Source of the DNA: a virus
Taxonomy: Duplodnaviria; Caudoviricetes
IMG/VR virus record: IMGVR_UViG_3300033121_001357
Coordinates: 1 to 64,000 of that record
Direction: 5' to 3' (one strand)
Length of the DNA: 64,000 nt
Under the pieces are notes generated by a model. It had not been told where the DNA came from and made no database searches. It worked only from the letters and a program-made list of their open reading frames with translations. A program made the position numbers and the translations under genes. Shown one piece after another: positions 51,231 through 60,320 of this stretch (position 1 is the stretch's first letter; every line of letters starts with the position of its first letter).

Positions 51231-53212
51231 CTGAATGCAGAGCGTTTGATTGGGGCTCTTGAATTTCTCTTCTTATAGTCGATATGTCTGGATCTGCTTT
51301 GGTCCGGAATGTGTGTAACACGTGTGACCTGCTGACCAGCAATCGTGTCCGATTCTACTACAACTCTTGTGGGTATGAAATTCAGTTCTCTTTCTTTATA
51401 TGCCTCAATCTGTGTCTGTATATCTTTTTTCTCCCCCGTCCTGGATACCGGCCTATTACTCCGATCTGTAGGGATAGAGATATTCTTAGAAATATCTACT
51501 GCAATCTCACCAGGCATGCCAGTGAATCTAATTGCCATTAGAGGAGCTGGAGTACCTAGCTTTGAGAACTCCATCGTAAAAGCAAAAAGACCTAGCATGA
51601 ATGCATCGAGTCGGTGGTCCTCGATATCATCATTAATCATTGCATAGGTAGGTTGGGCGCCTGCCTTAGAGATCTTCTCGATAATGTAACCACGTAGAGC
51701 TCTAATTAGGTTGCCGTCATACTTTGACAGACCGATTTGTCCAGACTCAAAGATACGTACAGCATTCTCAACCACAGCAGGCTTTGCATACTGCTTAATG
51801 ATTGAGCCGTTTGTTGGGTGGCGCATCTCTATCTTGCTACCAAAGTCGATGGCCTTGATGATGGACTGTAGTCTCTTGTCTGCGGTATTAGGAGCAGACT
51901 TAGTGCCGAAGTCCTGAAGCATCTCAATCTGTACCGAACCCGCTCCCCTGTCCACATAGATCCAAGCAGGGTTCCACTTCCTATTAAGTCTAATGATTTC
52001 GTTGATAGCCTGGATCTGCGTGTTACCTTCACGATAGACCTGACCTACATCGTAAACCTTATACACAGGATGCGGCTGAGTGGGATCTGCTCCGATAACG
52101 ACAACTTCGGTACCGTGAACCGGATTCCAGTCTACTCCAAAACAGTAGATGAAACTGGGGTCAGGCTCACTATCCTCATATTTATAAGTGCCATCAGCAA
52201 GTGCAGCATCAATGTGTGTATGCTGGAATACACCTTCTTCAATTTCACCATACTCTGCAAGGATCTCGTGCAGGTACTTAACGCCTGGATTTAGCATGCG
52301 CTGTTCGAACTCCATATCCTCGTCCCAGTTAGGACGACACATTGATGGATAGTGGAATGATCTGAAGCAAGGGTCGTGATCCCACTTGTAGAACTGTTCA
52401 TGAGCACCGCTTGGTGTAGAAGCTGCAAGTAGAATGGTATCTTTGTGTTCAGAAAGGATTGCTACGATAGCAGAAAGATCATTGGAAGTAAGATAGTCTG
52501 CCTCATCGATGATGATCATATCTGCGGCCTGACCGCGGATAGACTCATTTCCAGAAACGAATCCAACCATATAGGATCCGTTTGTAAGTTCAATCCGTCT
52601 CTGTGGGCTTTTTACGTATCTGGAGCAGCACTCCTTTAGTGAAGGTGAGTGTTCAATAAAGTCGTTGATCTGATCGAATAAAAGATCCAGCTGTGAGATA
52701 TTCGGAGTGATAACAAGAACTCTATAGTTCTTGTTTGTAATCATCTTATGTAGGACTTTTGCACCAATGGTCCAGGACTTTCCAGAACGACGACCTAGTC
52801 TGTATAGCTGCCTATTCGCCGTACACTTTACCATTAGCTCCTGATAGAAGTTTGCCGTCTCGTCAAGATTGTATCTCTCAATATTTACAGGATTGGCCCT
52901 CTGTGGAATCCAAGGACCTCTCTCACTGCTCTCTTTATTAAAGACAGTGATATTCTTTTTGGCCCATAGAACCGGATCTGCAACGGAGGCAAAGAGCTCT
53001 GCATCAGCAGCAAGCTGAGGGAGATTTGCCTCCTCAAGCATTTCGCGGACACTGGCCACAGAATCCGCCGGGATTCCCTTACACTTAATAGCAAAGTCTC
53101 CCTTCCTCGCTACTATTCTTCCTGTCTCTGGATCGATTACATCCTGTGGAGCCCTATTACGAAGCTTACAATCAATACAACCAGGATGTAGATTCGACTC
53201 TGCTATTTCCAT
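51227..53212 (-). CDS. terL: Terminase large subunit (661 aa)
   Basis: Walker A LGRRSGKS, Walker B IIIDEAD, coupling motif ASTP, RNase H-like nuclease GVDWN...VDRG...DHRLDA. Confidence 0.93.
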   Translation of the reverse strand: MEIAESNLHPGCIDCKLRNRAPQDVIDPETGRIVARKGDFAIKCKGIPADSVASVREMLEEANLPQLAADAELFASVADPVLWAKKNITVFNKESSERGPWIPQRANPVNIERYNLDETANFYQELMVKCTANRQLYRLGRRSGKSWTIGAKVLHKMITNKNYRVLVITPNISQLDLLFDQINDFIEHSPSLKECCSRYVKSPQRRIELTNGSYMVGFVSGNESIRGQAADMIIIDEADYLTSNDLSAIVAILSEHKDTILLAASTPSGAHEQFYKWDHDPCFRSFHYPSMCRPNWDEDMEFEQRMLNPGVKYLHEILAEYGEIEEGVFQHTHIDAALADGTYKYEDSEPDPSFIYCFGVDWNPVHGTEVVVIGADPTQPHPVYKVYDVGQVYREGNTQIQAINEIIRLNRKWNPAWIYVDRGAGSVQIEMLQDFGTKSAPNTADKRLQSIIKAIDFGSKIEMRHPTNGSIIKQYAKPAVVENAVRIFESGQIGLSKYDGNLIRALRGYIIEKISKAGAQPTYAMINDDIEDHRLDAFMLGLFAFTMEFSKLGTPAPLMAIRFTGMPGEIAVDISKNISIPTDRSNRPVSRTGEKKDIQTQIEAYKERELNFIPTRVVVESDTIAGQQVTRVTHIPDQSRSRHIDYKKRNSRAPIKRSAFR

Positions 53213-53220
53213 AAATCACC

Positions 53221-53949
53221 TTAATCGCTAAACGGATTCAAGAAGCTTACTGCGGCAAGACCTGCCTTTAGGGCAAGACCACCTGCAGCAAAACGGGCAG
53301 CACCAACACCGAGTCTCTTCATGCCTGCATTCTTTGCACCAGCGAAGTCAGAAGCACCAAGCCAGCCTAGAAGACCGTAGCCCGCATTACCCATCTTGCG
53401 CATTAAGGGGTTCGAACTATCTAGTCTTTTTGCAAGGAAGCCTGAGATTCCATTTCCAATCTTCTTGGGATCTGCAGCCCTTGCTGCAAGACTTTTCTGC
53501 AGAGAGGCTCGCCATGAATTAACTTCTGCACCCCACTCAGGATAGTCTATTTTGCCTAGTGCCCGGAATCTTGAAGCAGTAGGACCTAGACTAGATCCAG
53601 AGGGTAGGCCTAAGATGTTTCTTGCTTCCATCCAACCACCCCTCCAAGCATTCCCTCCGCCACTTGCTTCTAGACTACTCTTAGCCTGATTATAGTATTT
53701 CCTGGCTTGAACCTTAGCCCAAGGTAGCCCCGTATTCTTTCCATAGTTATAGCCTGCCTTAGCCTGGTCTCTGCTCCAGCGGGCAAGAGCTCTAGTGTCG
53801 GAACCAAGCTCTGTCTTGTTGTACTTAATGGCACCCGCTCTGATTACACCATAACCAAGAGCCGCACCACCAGCATACAGGCCAACACGTCCCCAGTTAA
53901 CGCCGGGACGCTCATTGTATCCATCATTTAGTCGGTTGTAACCCGCCAT
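53221..53949 (-). CDS. Gly/Ala-rich basic protein with hydrophobic termini; putative internal virion/ejection protein (242 aa)
   Basis: N-terminal GLYAGGAALGYGVI; C-terminal LGVGAARFAAGGLALKAGLAAVSFL. Confidence 0.45.
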   Translation of the reverse strand: MAGYNRLNDGYNERPGVNWGRVGLYAGGAALGYGVIRAGAIKYNKTELGSDTRALARWSRDQAKAGYNYGKNTGLPWAKVQARKYYNQAKSSLEASGGGNAWRGGWMEARNILGLPSGSSLGPTASRFRALGKIDYPEWGAEVNSWRASLQKSLAARAADPKKIGNGISGFLAKRLDSSNPLMRKMGNAGYGLLGWLGASDFAGAKNAGMKRLGVGAARFAAGGLALKAGLAAVSFLNPFSD

Positions 53950-54340
53950 TTATCATAACCTCCGGTTTTGTCGTCATCCTTCTAGTATTCAAGATAACGA
54001 TCCTACTGAATATATAACTGAAGAAGTGCTCTTTCCCGGTGACTATATTCTGATGACACTCCTTACAAAGTGTAATTCCATTCTCTTCTACAAGGGTCAA
54101 TTCTGGGAATCTCTTCTTTGGTCTAATATGGTGAGCCTCCAGTGCTCCTCCCTTCTGACCACACATCTGACATTGATATAAGTCTCTCTTGAGTACGAAG
54201 TCTCTCCACGCCTTATAGGCAGGAGTTCCGTATAGAGCCTTAGCTACTTCATATGTTAGAGGGACAAGGCCCTGAAGGCCTGTCCTCCTTGGTCTAGATA
54301 CGAGCTTCTTAGAACGCTTCTTCTTACTTGGCTTTCTCAT
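53924..54340 (-). CDS. HNH endonuclease (138 aa)
   Basis: 'WR..VL.RD.YQCQMCG...LEAHHI.P.........NGITLCKECH'. Confidence 0.85.
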   Translation of the reverse strand: MRKPSKKKRSKKLVSRPRRTGLQGLVPLTYEVAKALYGTPAYKAWRDFVLKRDLYQCQMCGQKGGALEAHHIRPKKRFPELTLVEENGITLCKECHQNIVTGKEHFFSYIFSRIVILNTRRMTTKPEVMINGGLQPTK

Positions 54341-54911
54341 AGTGAACCAACTTCAAAGAAGGCGTAGCTACTGCATAGGCAACTAACCTCCCCTGACCGA
54401 GTCTTGTGATGTGAGCAACTACCTGGCCTATAGAGAAGTATCCTCTAAAGTGTCCCCAGTTGCCAATGTGTCCATATAGGAATCTACCATTATTTGTTCT
54501 GTACTTATAGACAGCAACGTTGTGTCCTTCTCGGACTCCATTACGTCTCAGCCATCTTACTGTAAGAACGTTGGATTCATAGACTCCTTCAATTCTCTCA
54601 AGAGCCTTGGATGCATAGGTCGCATATTCATCACAGTCTGTTTGGGTCTTTGTATGTGTCAACCCGTACTGAATGATCTGAGCATCCTTCATCCATGGAT
54701 GAGGAAGTTTGAACATAGAGGTTGTTAGGATATCGGGAGCCCAAACGAAGATTTCAAGTGTTCTTTCAAGCTCCTTCAAAGAAAGGAACTTGGGCAGCTT
54801 ACTATGTTTATTCGTGAGTAACTTGAATAAGAAGTTCAGTACTCTACTGAATAGGTAGACGCCGATGAAGCCAAGCTTGCTTCGATGAAGATAATTCTTG
54901 ATTGAGCTCAT
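54324..54911 (-). CDS. Transglutaminase-like / papain-fold cysteine peptidase (195 aa)
   Basis: DCDEYA (Cys), GHNVAVY (His), IGNWG (Asn); N-terminal hydrophobic segment; SD AAGGAG. Confidence 0.6.
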   Translation of the reverse strand: MSSIKNYLHRSKLGFIGVYLFSRVLNFLFKLLTNKHSKLPKFLSLKELERTLEIFVWAPDILTTSMFKLPHPWMKDAQIIQYGLTHTKTQTDCDEYATYASKALERIEGVYESNVLTVRWLRRNGVREGHNVAVYKYRTNNGRFLYGHIGNWGHFRGYFSIGQVVAHITRLGQGRLVAYAVATPSLKLVHYEKAK

Positions 54912-54940
54912 GATTCTCTCCTTTATTGGTCAAAATCTAC

Positions 54941-55546
54941 TTAGTTCTCGATAGCTTCATCCTCTTTCCAAATAATCCCATCCAATATACGACCGATTGT
55001 AGATCTGGATACGCCGTATAGCTCTGCTAACCTTGTCCTTTCACCGCGCTCTCCAGTGCCAGATGCTCTTATCTCTCTTACAATCTTCCATGTAAGTTTG
55101 GCAAGATTATGCATTTCACCTCGTCTCTTTTTGCTCATTTTCTGCTTTGACTCTTCTCTATGTTTATAACCTAGAAGTCCATTTGGCTTGCCCTTTCTCG
55201 TGAGACTCTGTCTTATTCTTGCTTCTGTGGACTTCTTCGAGCCTAAAGAGCTTCCTGCTTTCGGACAAATATTGTATCCAAATTTTGGATCTGCACTCTT
55301 GAATAGGTCAATGAAATATTGCTCTCTTTCTATCAGGAACTCTTTGTTTTCAACAAATTCAAGAACTCCAAAATGGAAGTTCTCTATTCCTCGAATATTT
55401 ACCGCTCTTTGTAGGTAGAGATTATGGTGTTACTGTTTATTGAGTGAGCTTTTATGTGTTCTCCACCTACCCATAAGGTTAATGGCAGACCCAATGTACA
55501 CCTTATCTGTATTTAGATCTAAAATGTAATAAATACCACTAGCCAT
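54941..55546 (-). pseudogene. GIY-YIG homing endonuclease gene with an in-frame TAA (201 codons if intact)
   Basis: MASGIYYI......VYIGSA.NL..RW..H...L.KQ*HHN.YLQRA...F.F.VLE.....REQ.FID...GYN..., then NUMOD3-like HREESKQKMS and a C-terminal HTH. Stop at 55430-55432; the track shows only the last 65 aa. Confidence 0.85.
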
Positions 55547-56474
55547 GGTATGCAAGAGCCTCTGAACCGAAAGCAGATCGACAATTCATTTGCGAGCGAT
55601 AAATAGACTGTACTGCTCTCTGCCTCATTGTTGCTGCTTGTTCTGAATCCAAGAATGTAGACCTAAATGGCTTTGAGTGGCGTCCATATTTAAGGCCCCA
55701 GTCTGATAGGGCATGGACTCCTTCAATGGCTTTAGTGGCCAAAATTGCTCCACCAAATGCCATACCCAAGAACCCTACACCAGCAGCAACTGTACCAATG
55801 GCAGTACCAGGGGCGAGTGAGGAGCCTATCGCGGCACCTACGGCACCACCACCCACGAAGCCAATTTCAGAAGCTACTGACTGTGCAAGCATCGGAGCAA
55901 GGCCGGTCTTTGGATCCATTAAGTTATCGCCACTTGTTAGGGCTGCGAAACCGGCATGAAGACCCCACGCTAGAGGTGAGAGTACAGAGAACTTAGCGAA
56001 GTTGCTAGCACCCTTACGCAGATGCTGTGCTGGAGTTCTCATCCCAAACTTACGAGCACCAAGATTGCCAAATTCATCAATCTGACGGCCGTACTTATTG
56101 GCGATACGTCCAGCAGTATCTCTCTCTGCAATCGGGACCCCTTCTCTGTAGTATTTGTCCGCAAGTCGCTGATTCTTTCTTAGTTCTGTGGCGAGATTCC
56201 CTCTCCAATTTAGATACCCATCTGTTAGATGTAGGGGAGCCATAGCGGCCCCTCTCAAGATACTCCTAGAATTCACAGCGGCATTGGCCATGCCACTTAG
56301 AGCAAGTGCAGTCACCTGTCTGGTACCTTGAAGGGCATGGAAGATAGTCTGGCCAGCCATTGTATCGGGCGCCTGTCCATACCCAAATAGACCTCTACTA
56401 AGACCCTGCCAGATTCCTCTTTGGGTCTGACTATGCTTTGCCCACCTATCTCTAAGTCTTTCGTAAGGAGTCAT
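55539..56474 (-). CDS. Glycine-zipper protein; putative ejection / membrane-channel protein (311 aa)
   Basis: 'IGFVGGGAVGAAIGSSLAPGTAIGTVAAGVGFLGMAFGGAIL' GxxxG zipper; basic remainder. Confidence 0.5.
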   Translation of the reverse strand: MTPYERLRDRWAKHSQTQRGIWQGLSRGLFGYGQAPDTMAGQTIFHALQGTRQVTALALSGMANAAVNSRSILRGAAMAPLHLTDGYLNWRGNLATELRKNQRLADKYYREGVPIAERDTAGRIANKYGRQIDEFGNLGARKFGMRTPAQHLRKGASNFAKFSVLSPLAWGLHAGFAALTSGDNLMDPKTGLAPMLAQSVASEIGFVGGGAVGAAIGSSLAPGTAIGTVAAGVGFLGMAFGGAILATKAIEGVHALSDWGLKYGRHSKPFRSTFLDSEQAATMRQRAVQSIYRSQMNCRSAFGSEALAYHG

Positions 56475-56477
56475 GCC

Positions 56478-59400
56478 TTAACCTCTATGGTGTCCTATTA
56501 CATTGTATCTATTCATATTTCTACGCATCTGACTAACTGCCGCTCTATGTCCTGACATTAAGGAAGACTTGGCATTTAGGTTTGTGGGCGTACGCGGAAT
56601 CTTGTTCCTATCAATGACATATCCGGAACCAAAATCCTTGATATTGGCTTCACGACTAGCGCCAATCCAACCATGTTTCATGCCCTCAATTGTATTGAAG
56701 TCGTCTTTTCCACCAGCAGCTTGCATATCAGAGAATTCTGCATCTGGATTCCTCATTCTATTTAGGATTGCAGCGGTTTTGAAGTCTCTGAACAAGCGTC
56801 CTAGATCTGTATAGCTAGTATTAGTAATACGACGCTTGCTGTTCATCTGCATCTCTCTAGAGATCTGCCAGGCTTCTTCGTTCCACATACCACGTTGAGC
56901 GGCAAGAGCTTCTTGCTCTGCTCTATTAAAATCTGTGGCGTTTACGATCTGGTCCTTTCTCTTACCAAAGGGCAGAGAGGCTGCTGCACCTGCTTCAACT
57001 AACTGAAGGTTGATGTTGGTGTTGTTGTCACCCAAAAGGACACCGGCTGTACGACCATAAGAGGAGCTGCCATCTGGATTATAGGCTAGACGTAGCTGCT
57101 CCTGCCTTGCAAGGATCTGCTCTAGCTTTGCCTTGGCCTCTTGACCGTAGGGCTGATTTGGCCAGATTCTTCCAGGCTGATTCTCGTGTTCAATTTCAGG
57201 GGCGTCAATGCCAGCAAGACGGACAGTCATCTCTCGTCCACCTCGCAGAGTCACGTTTACGGTGTCAGCGTCTTCTACAGAGTAATCTGTAATCGTTGAA
57301 TCCTGGATGTCGCTACCCTGGAAGCCCATATTGAGTCCTTCAAATGGATCCTTCAAGGTATGTGAGCGGGCGATGTGTCTGGAGTACTGCTCAAGACCTT
57401 CCTGGAGGATGTCTTCAGCGAAAATCCTCATACCCTGCCATGGAGAGCCGAAGCCATAGTGCTTACGCATTCGGGCCCCAATACCCTTACGTCCAGTCAG
57501 AGGAGACTCCTCCTGCATACCCATAATGCTGTTTCCATGGATGTTTGTTGGGATGCGGAACCCACTTCGACGACTGCTTCGTCTAATCCCGTTATCACCC
57601 CCTTGATCCATGGATGTGATTCTAGCGAACTGCTCAAGACCTTCCTGAGAGATATCTTCAAAGAAAGGACGGAGTCCCTGGATGTCCTGAGACGACATGC
57701 CTTGCCATGGAGAACCGAAGCCGAAAAACTTTCTAAGCTTCGCACCTATACCCTTCTTACCAGAGATAGGCGATTCCTCTTGCATACCAGGAATGACGTT
57801 AGCTTCTACGTTGGATTGGATTCGATTTTGAGCTTCAGCGGCCTGCTTTCGCAGGATTGCTGCTTGCGCTCGCTGTTCTATTGCGATCTTTCTAGCTCGT
57901 GCTGGAGTTATACCTAGCTCACCACGGGCATCCATGCTCCTGAGTAACTGGCCAATTGAATCATTGGCCAAGGACTCTGGATAATGTTCATACTGGGTCT
58001 TGTGAGCGCTAAATTCTTCGAACCATTGATGAGACCTTTCTGAGTATCCACTTTTTGCAAATGCTTCCTTTGCCTCTTCACTTAAAGACCCAGTCCTACC
58101 ACTAAGCGAGTTGCCGGCATGTTTCTGGTGATCTCTCTCATGCTTGATTGCTCCTCTAAGTACCTGTCCTGGATCTAGGTTATGCTCTTTAGCATAGTCC
58201 TTTGCCGCCCTTGAGTTAATAAAGACAGGCCTTAAGCCCTTAGATTCTGCATCTGCAACTTGCTTAAGAAATGCCTCTTTCTCGCTAGCGAGCCCTTCGA
58301 TATCCTTTGCATATTCAAGCCACTCTCCCTCTTCGCCTTCAGCACTCCATCTCTTATACCGATCTATTTTTGATTCCTGTTCCGCAAAGAATTGTTCCCA
58401 GCCCTTCACGGTATTGAAATCGGGGGCCCTCTCATGCATGAACTTTATTTCATTGGCTAGGGCATCAGACCATGGCACACCCCGTGCTTCGCACGCCTTT
58501 TCGGCAACCGAGGCCACCTCTTCCAGACTGTTTTTTACATACACGAATCCAACTGCTCCAGTTTCACGACCCATGACTTTAGAAAGAGCCCCTTCGCCAA
58601 AACTGATTATGCCCCTCCAACCTGAACCGAAGTCAGTATTGTACTTACGCGAAGCTCCCGAGATACCTGCGTGCTTCATACCTTCGATATAGTTGTAGTC
58701 ATCATCATTAGAACTAATGAGATTTGCGGCAAAGAGGGCACCAGCGCCCACTAAACCAATCTTCCAGTTCTCTCTGAGGAAGTTCTTAAACTTAGACCCC
58801 ATTGAGGCTTCAGCAACTTCAGGAGCTGCACCAGAAGGAACAAGCCGAGGACTAAGCTCCTGTGCTAGAGATTCCATCTTAGGAGCATGCGTACTAAGCG
58901 CATGTTCTAGAGCCTCTGCCCGAGTTGCCCCTCCTGCTACCTTGGCCTTTACAGACTCCTCAAAGGCATCGATGTAGCGGGTCCTAGCTTCTGCGAGGGC
59001 AGCATCATAGTCAACCTTGACTCCAATACCGCTACGAGCCTCTCGGGCAGCCCTGGCCCTAACCACCTTCTCGATATCCGTAGAGAACTCATGCGGATTC
59101 ATTCTGGGATCTGCCTTTGTTCTAAGGAAGAACTGTAGCTTCCTACGGCTATACGTTCCGGTGTTATCGTCTAGGACTTCTACTGGAAGGCTTAAGGTTC
59201 TATTAGAATGTCTTACACGAGCCCCCTTTAATAGCTCATAATCAGGCTTGCCCTGTGCCTTGGAGAGAAGGAATTTCTGCTGATTCGTATATGTATCAAT
59301 GATGTTCTTTACAGTATTCCTTCTCTTAATCTCCGGAAGGTCCTTACCAAGATCCCCAAAGAATCTCTGCATATGCTCTGGCAGAGCTTCTCCCTTCTGC

Positions 59401-60317
59401 ATCGCATAACCAGCTCCGGCTAGATCTCTAACCATCTGCCCCTGGAGAACGTTGTCAGCAAGTGCTGTATGCAACTCATTCTCGCCATACATCAAGTTGG
59501 CATAGGTATTTACGCTGGTTCCTGTAAAGATTTCTCCTGTCTTAGGCATATACCCACGGTTCTGAGCCATGGCAAATACAGACTTTGACAAGTCCATAAT
59601 GTCAAATACTCGAGTACCGTTGAAGGACCTTTCAAGCTCTGGAGCGAATCCCTTGGTAAAGACTTCTTCCCAGGCATTAAGGTGCGTATCTAATGTCCCC
59701 AGTGCTGTAGCTCTAGATGCCCTACCAAGAGTCTGCTTGAGTTCCAGGGGAGTGGTGTAGAGGCCACCTCCAGGAGTTGGAGATCCTCTCGTGAAACTCT
59801 GTAGTCGATTCTTGACGCCCCAGTTCTCAAAGTGCTGTGCGCCTATACGCTCATTAATAAATGAGCGTTCGTGTTGCAGGTTCTGCACCCAGACATCGCG
59901 ATTCCCGAGCTGTGAGAGGGCCTTATAGCCTGCTTGCTTCTGGGTGGTACTGGCGTTATGGAGCACGTCCATAAATGGCCCAGAAAGGTCCCCAGAGGCC
60001 TGCAATGCGGCCTCTCTCTTTGCGATTAGGTCACGGGTAAATGGAGAGATCTCACCAGTTCGCTTTCCGCCGATGACAGTTGGCTTTACGAATTCGTGAG
60101 TGAAGGTAGACTTGGGCCCGATGCCATGCATGAAGCCCATTTCGTAGATAGGAGAGGAGGGATGAAGGCCACCAGTCTCAATATCAAAGATGGTTGCTCT
60201 AGAAGCAATCTTTGACAGTTGCTCTTCAACTCCTGTAGAGAATGATTGAGTGCCATTAAGAAGTCTGTCTCTATACTCCTTAGCTAATTCAATTTCTCTC
60301 CAGGAGCCGTATGACAT
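56478..60317 (-). CDS. Modular (polyvalent) protein: DEDDh exonuclease + HExxH zincin + SNase-like nuclease (1279 aa)
   Basis: IFDIETGGL...QNLQHE...HTALAD (DnaQ-like); IKHERDH...FEEFSAH (zincin, 58128-58142); VEDADT..VRLAGIDAPE..YG.EA..YGR..NINLQLVEAG.A (thermonuclease). Confidence 0.8.
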   Translation of the reverse strand: MSYGSWREIELAKEYRDRLLNGTQSFSTGVEEQLSKIASRATIFDIETGGLHPSSPIYEMGFMHGIGPKSTFTHEFVKPTVIGGKRTGEISPFTRDLIAKREAALQASGDLSGPFMDVLHNASTTQKQAGYKALSQLGNRDVWVQNLQHERSFINERIGAQHFENWGVKNRLQSFTRGSPTPGGGLYTTPLELKQTLGRASRATALGTLDTHLNAWEEVFTKGFAPELERSFNGTRVFDIMDLSKSVFAMAQNRGYMPKTGEIFTGTSVNTYANLMYGENELHTALADNVLQGQMVRDLAGAGYAMQKGEALPEHMQRFFGDLGKDLPEIKRRNTVKNIIDTYTNQQKFLLSKAQGKPDYELLKGARVRHSNRTLSLPVEVLDDNTGTYSRRKLQFFLRTKADPRMNPHEFSTDIEKVVRARAAREARSGIGVKVDYDAALAEARTRYIDAFEESVKAKVAGGATRAEALEHALSTHAPKMESLAQELSPRLVPSGAAPEVAEASMGSKFKNFLRENWKIGLVGAGALFAANLISSNDDDYNYIEGMKHAGISGASRKYNTDFGSGWRGIISFGEGALSKVMGRETGAVGFVYVKNSLEEVASVAEKACEARGVPWSDALANEIKFMHERAPDFNTVKGWEQFFAEQESKIDRYKRWSAEGEEGEWLEYAKDIEGLASEKEAFLKQVADAESKGLRPVFINSRAAKDYAKEHNLDPGQVLRGAIKHERDHQKHAGNSLSGRTGSLSEEAKEAFAKSGYSERSHQWFEEFSAHKTQYEHYPESLANDSIGQLLRSMDARGELGITPARARKIAIEQRAQAAILRKQAAEAQNRIQSNVEANVIPGMQEESPISGKKGIGAKLRKFFGFGSPWQGMSSQDIQGLRPFFEDISQEGLEQFARITSMDQGGDNGIRRSSRRSGFRIPTNIHGNSIMGMQEESPLTGRKGIGARMRKHYGFGSPWQGMRIFAEDILQEGLEQYSRHIARSHTLKDPFEGLNMGFQGSDIQDSTITDYSVEDADTVNVTLRGGREMTVRLAGIDAPEIEHENQPGRIWPNQPYGQEAKAKLEQILARQEQLRLAYNPDGSSSYGRTAGVLLGDNNTNINLQLVEAGAAASLPFGKRKDQIVNATDFNRAEQEALAAQRGMWNEEAWQISREMQMNSKRRITNTSYTDLGRLFRDFKTAAILNRMRNPDAEFSDMQAAGGKDDFNTIEGMKHGWIGASREANIKDFGSGYVIDRNKIPRTPTNLNAKSSLMSGHRAAVSQMRRNMNRYNVIGHHRG
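56619..58706 (-). repeat. Four copies of a protein-level linker repeat (N-x-I-x-GM...R....FGS[GP][WY]) in the modular protein
   Basis: Copies at about 58611-58706, 57696-57800, 57429-57533 and 56619-56708. Confidence 0.85.
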
Positions 60318-60320
60318 AGC

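Noticed and set aside
51227-53212. Intein or intron in the terminase, capsid or RNAP genes
   Set aside because: Reading frames are continuous, and I saw no intein C-terminal HN-[CST] junction with matching N-terminal block or LAGLIDADG motif.
55430-55432. Stop-codon reassignment as the explanation for the in-frame TAA
   Set aside because: TAA is the dominant real stop across the window, and all long genes are intact under the standard code.
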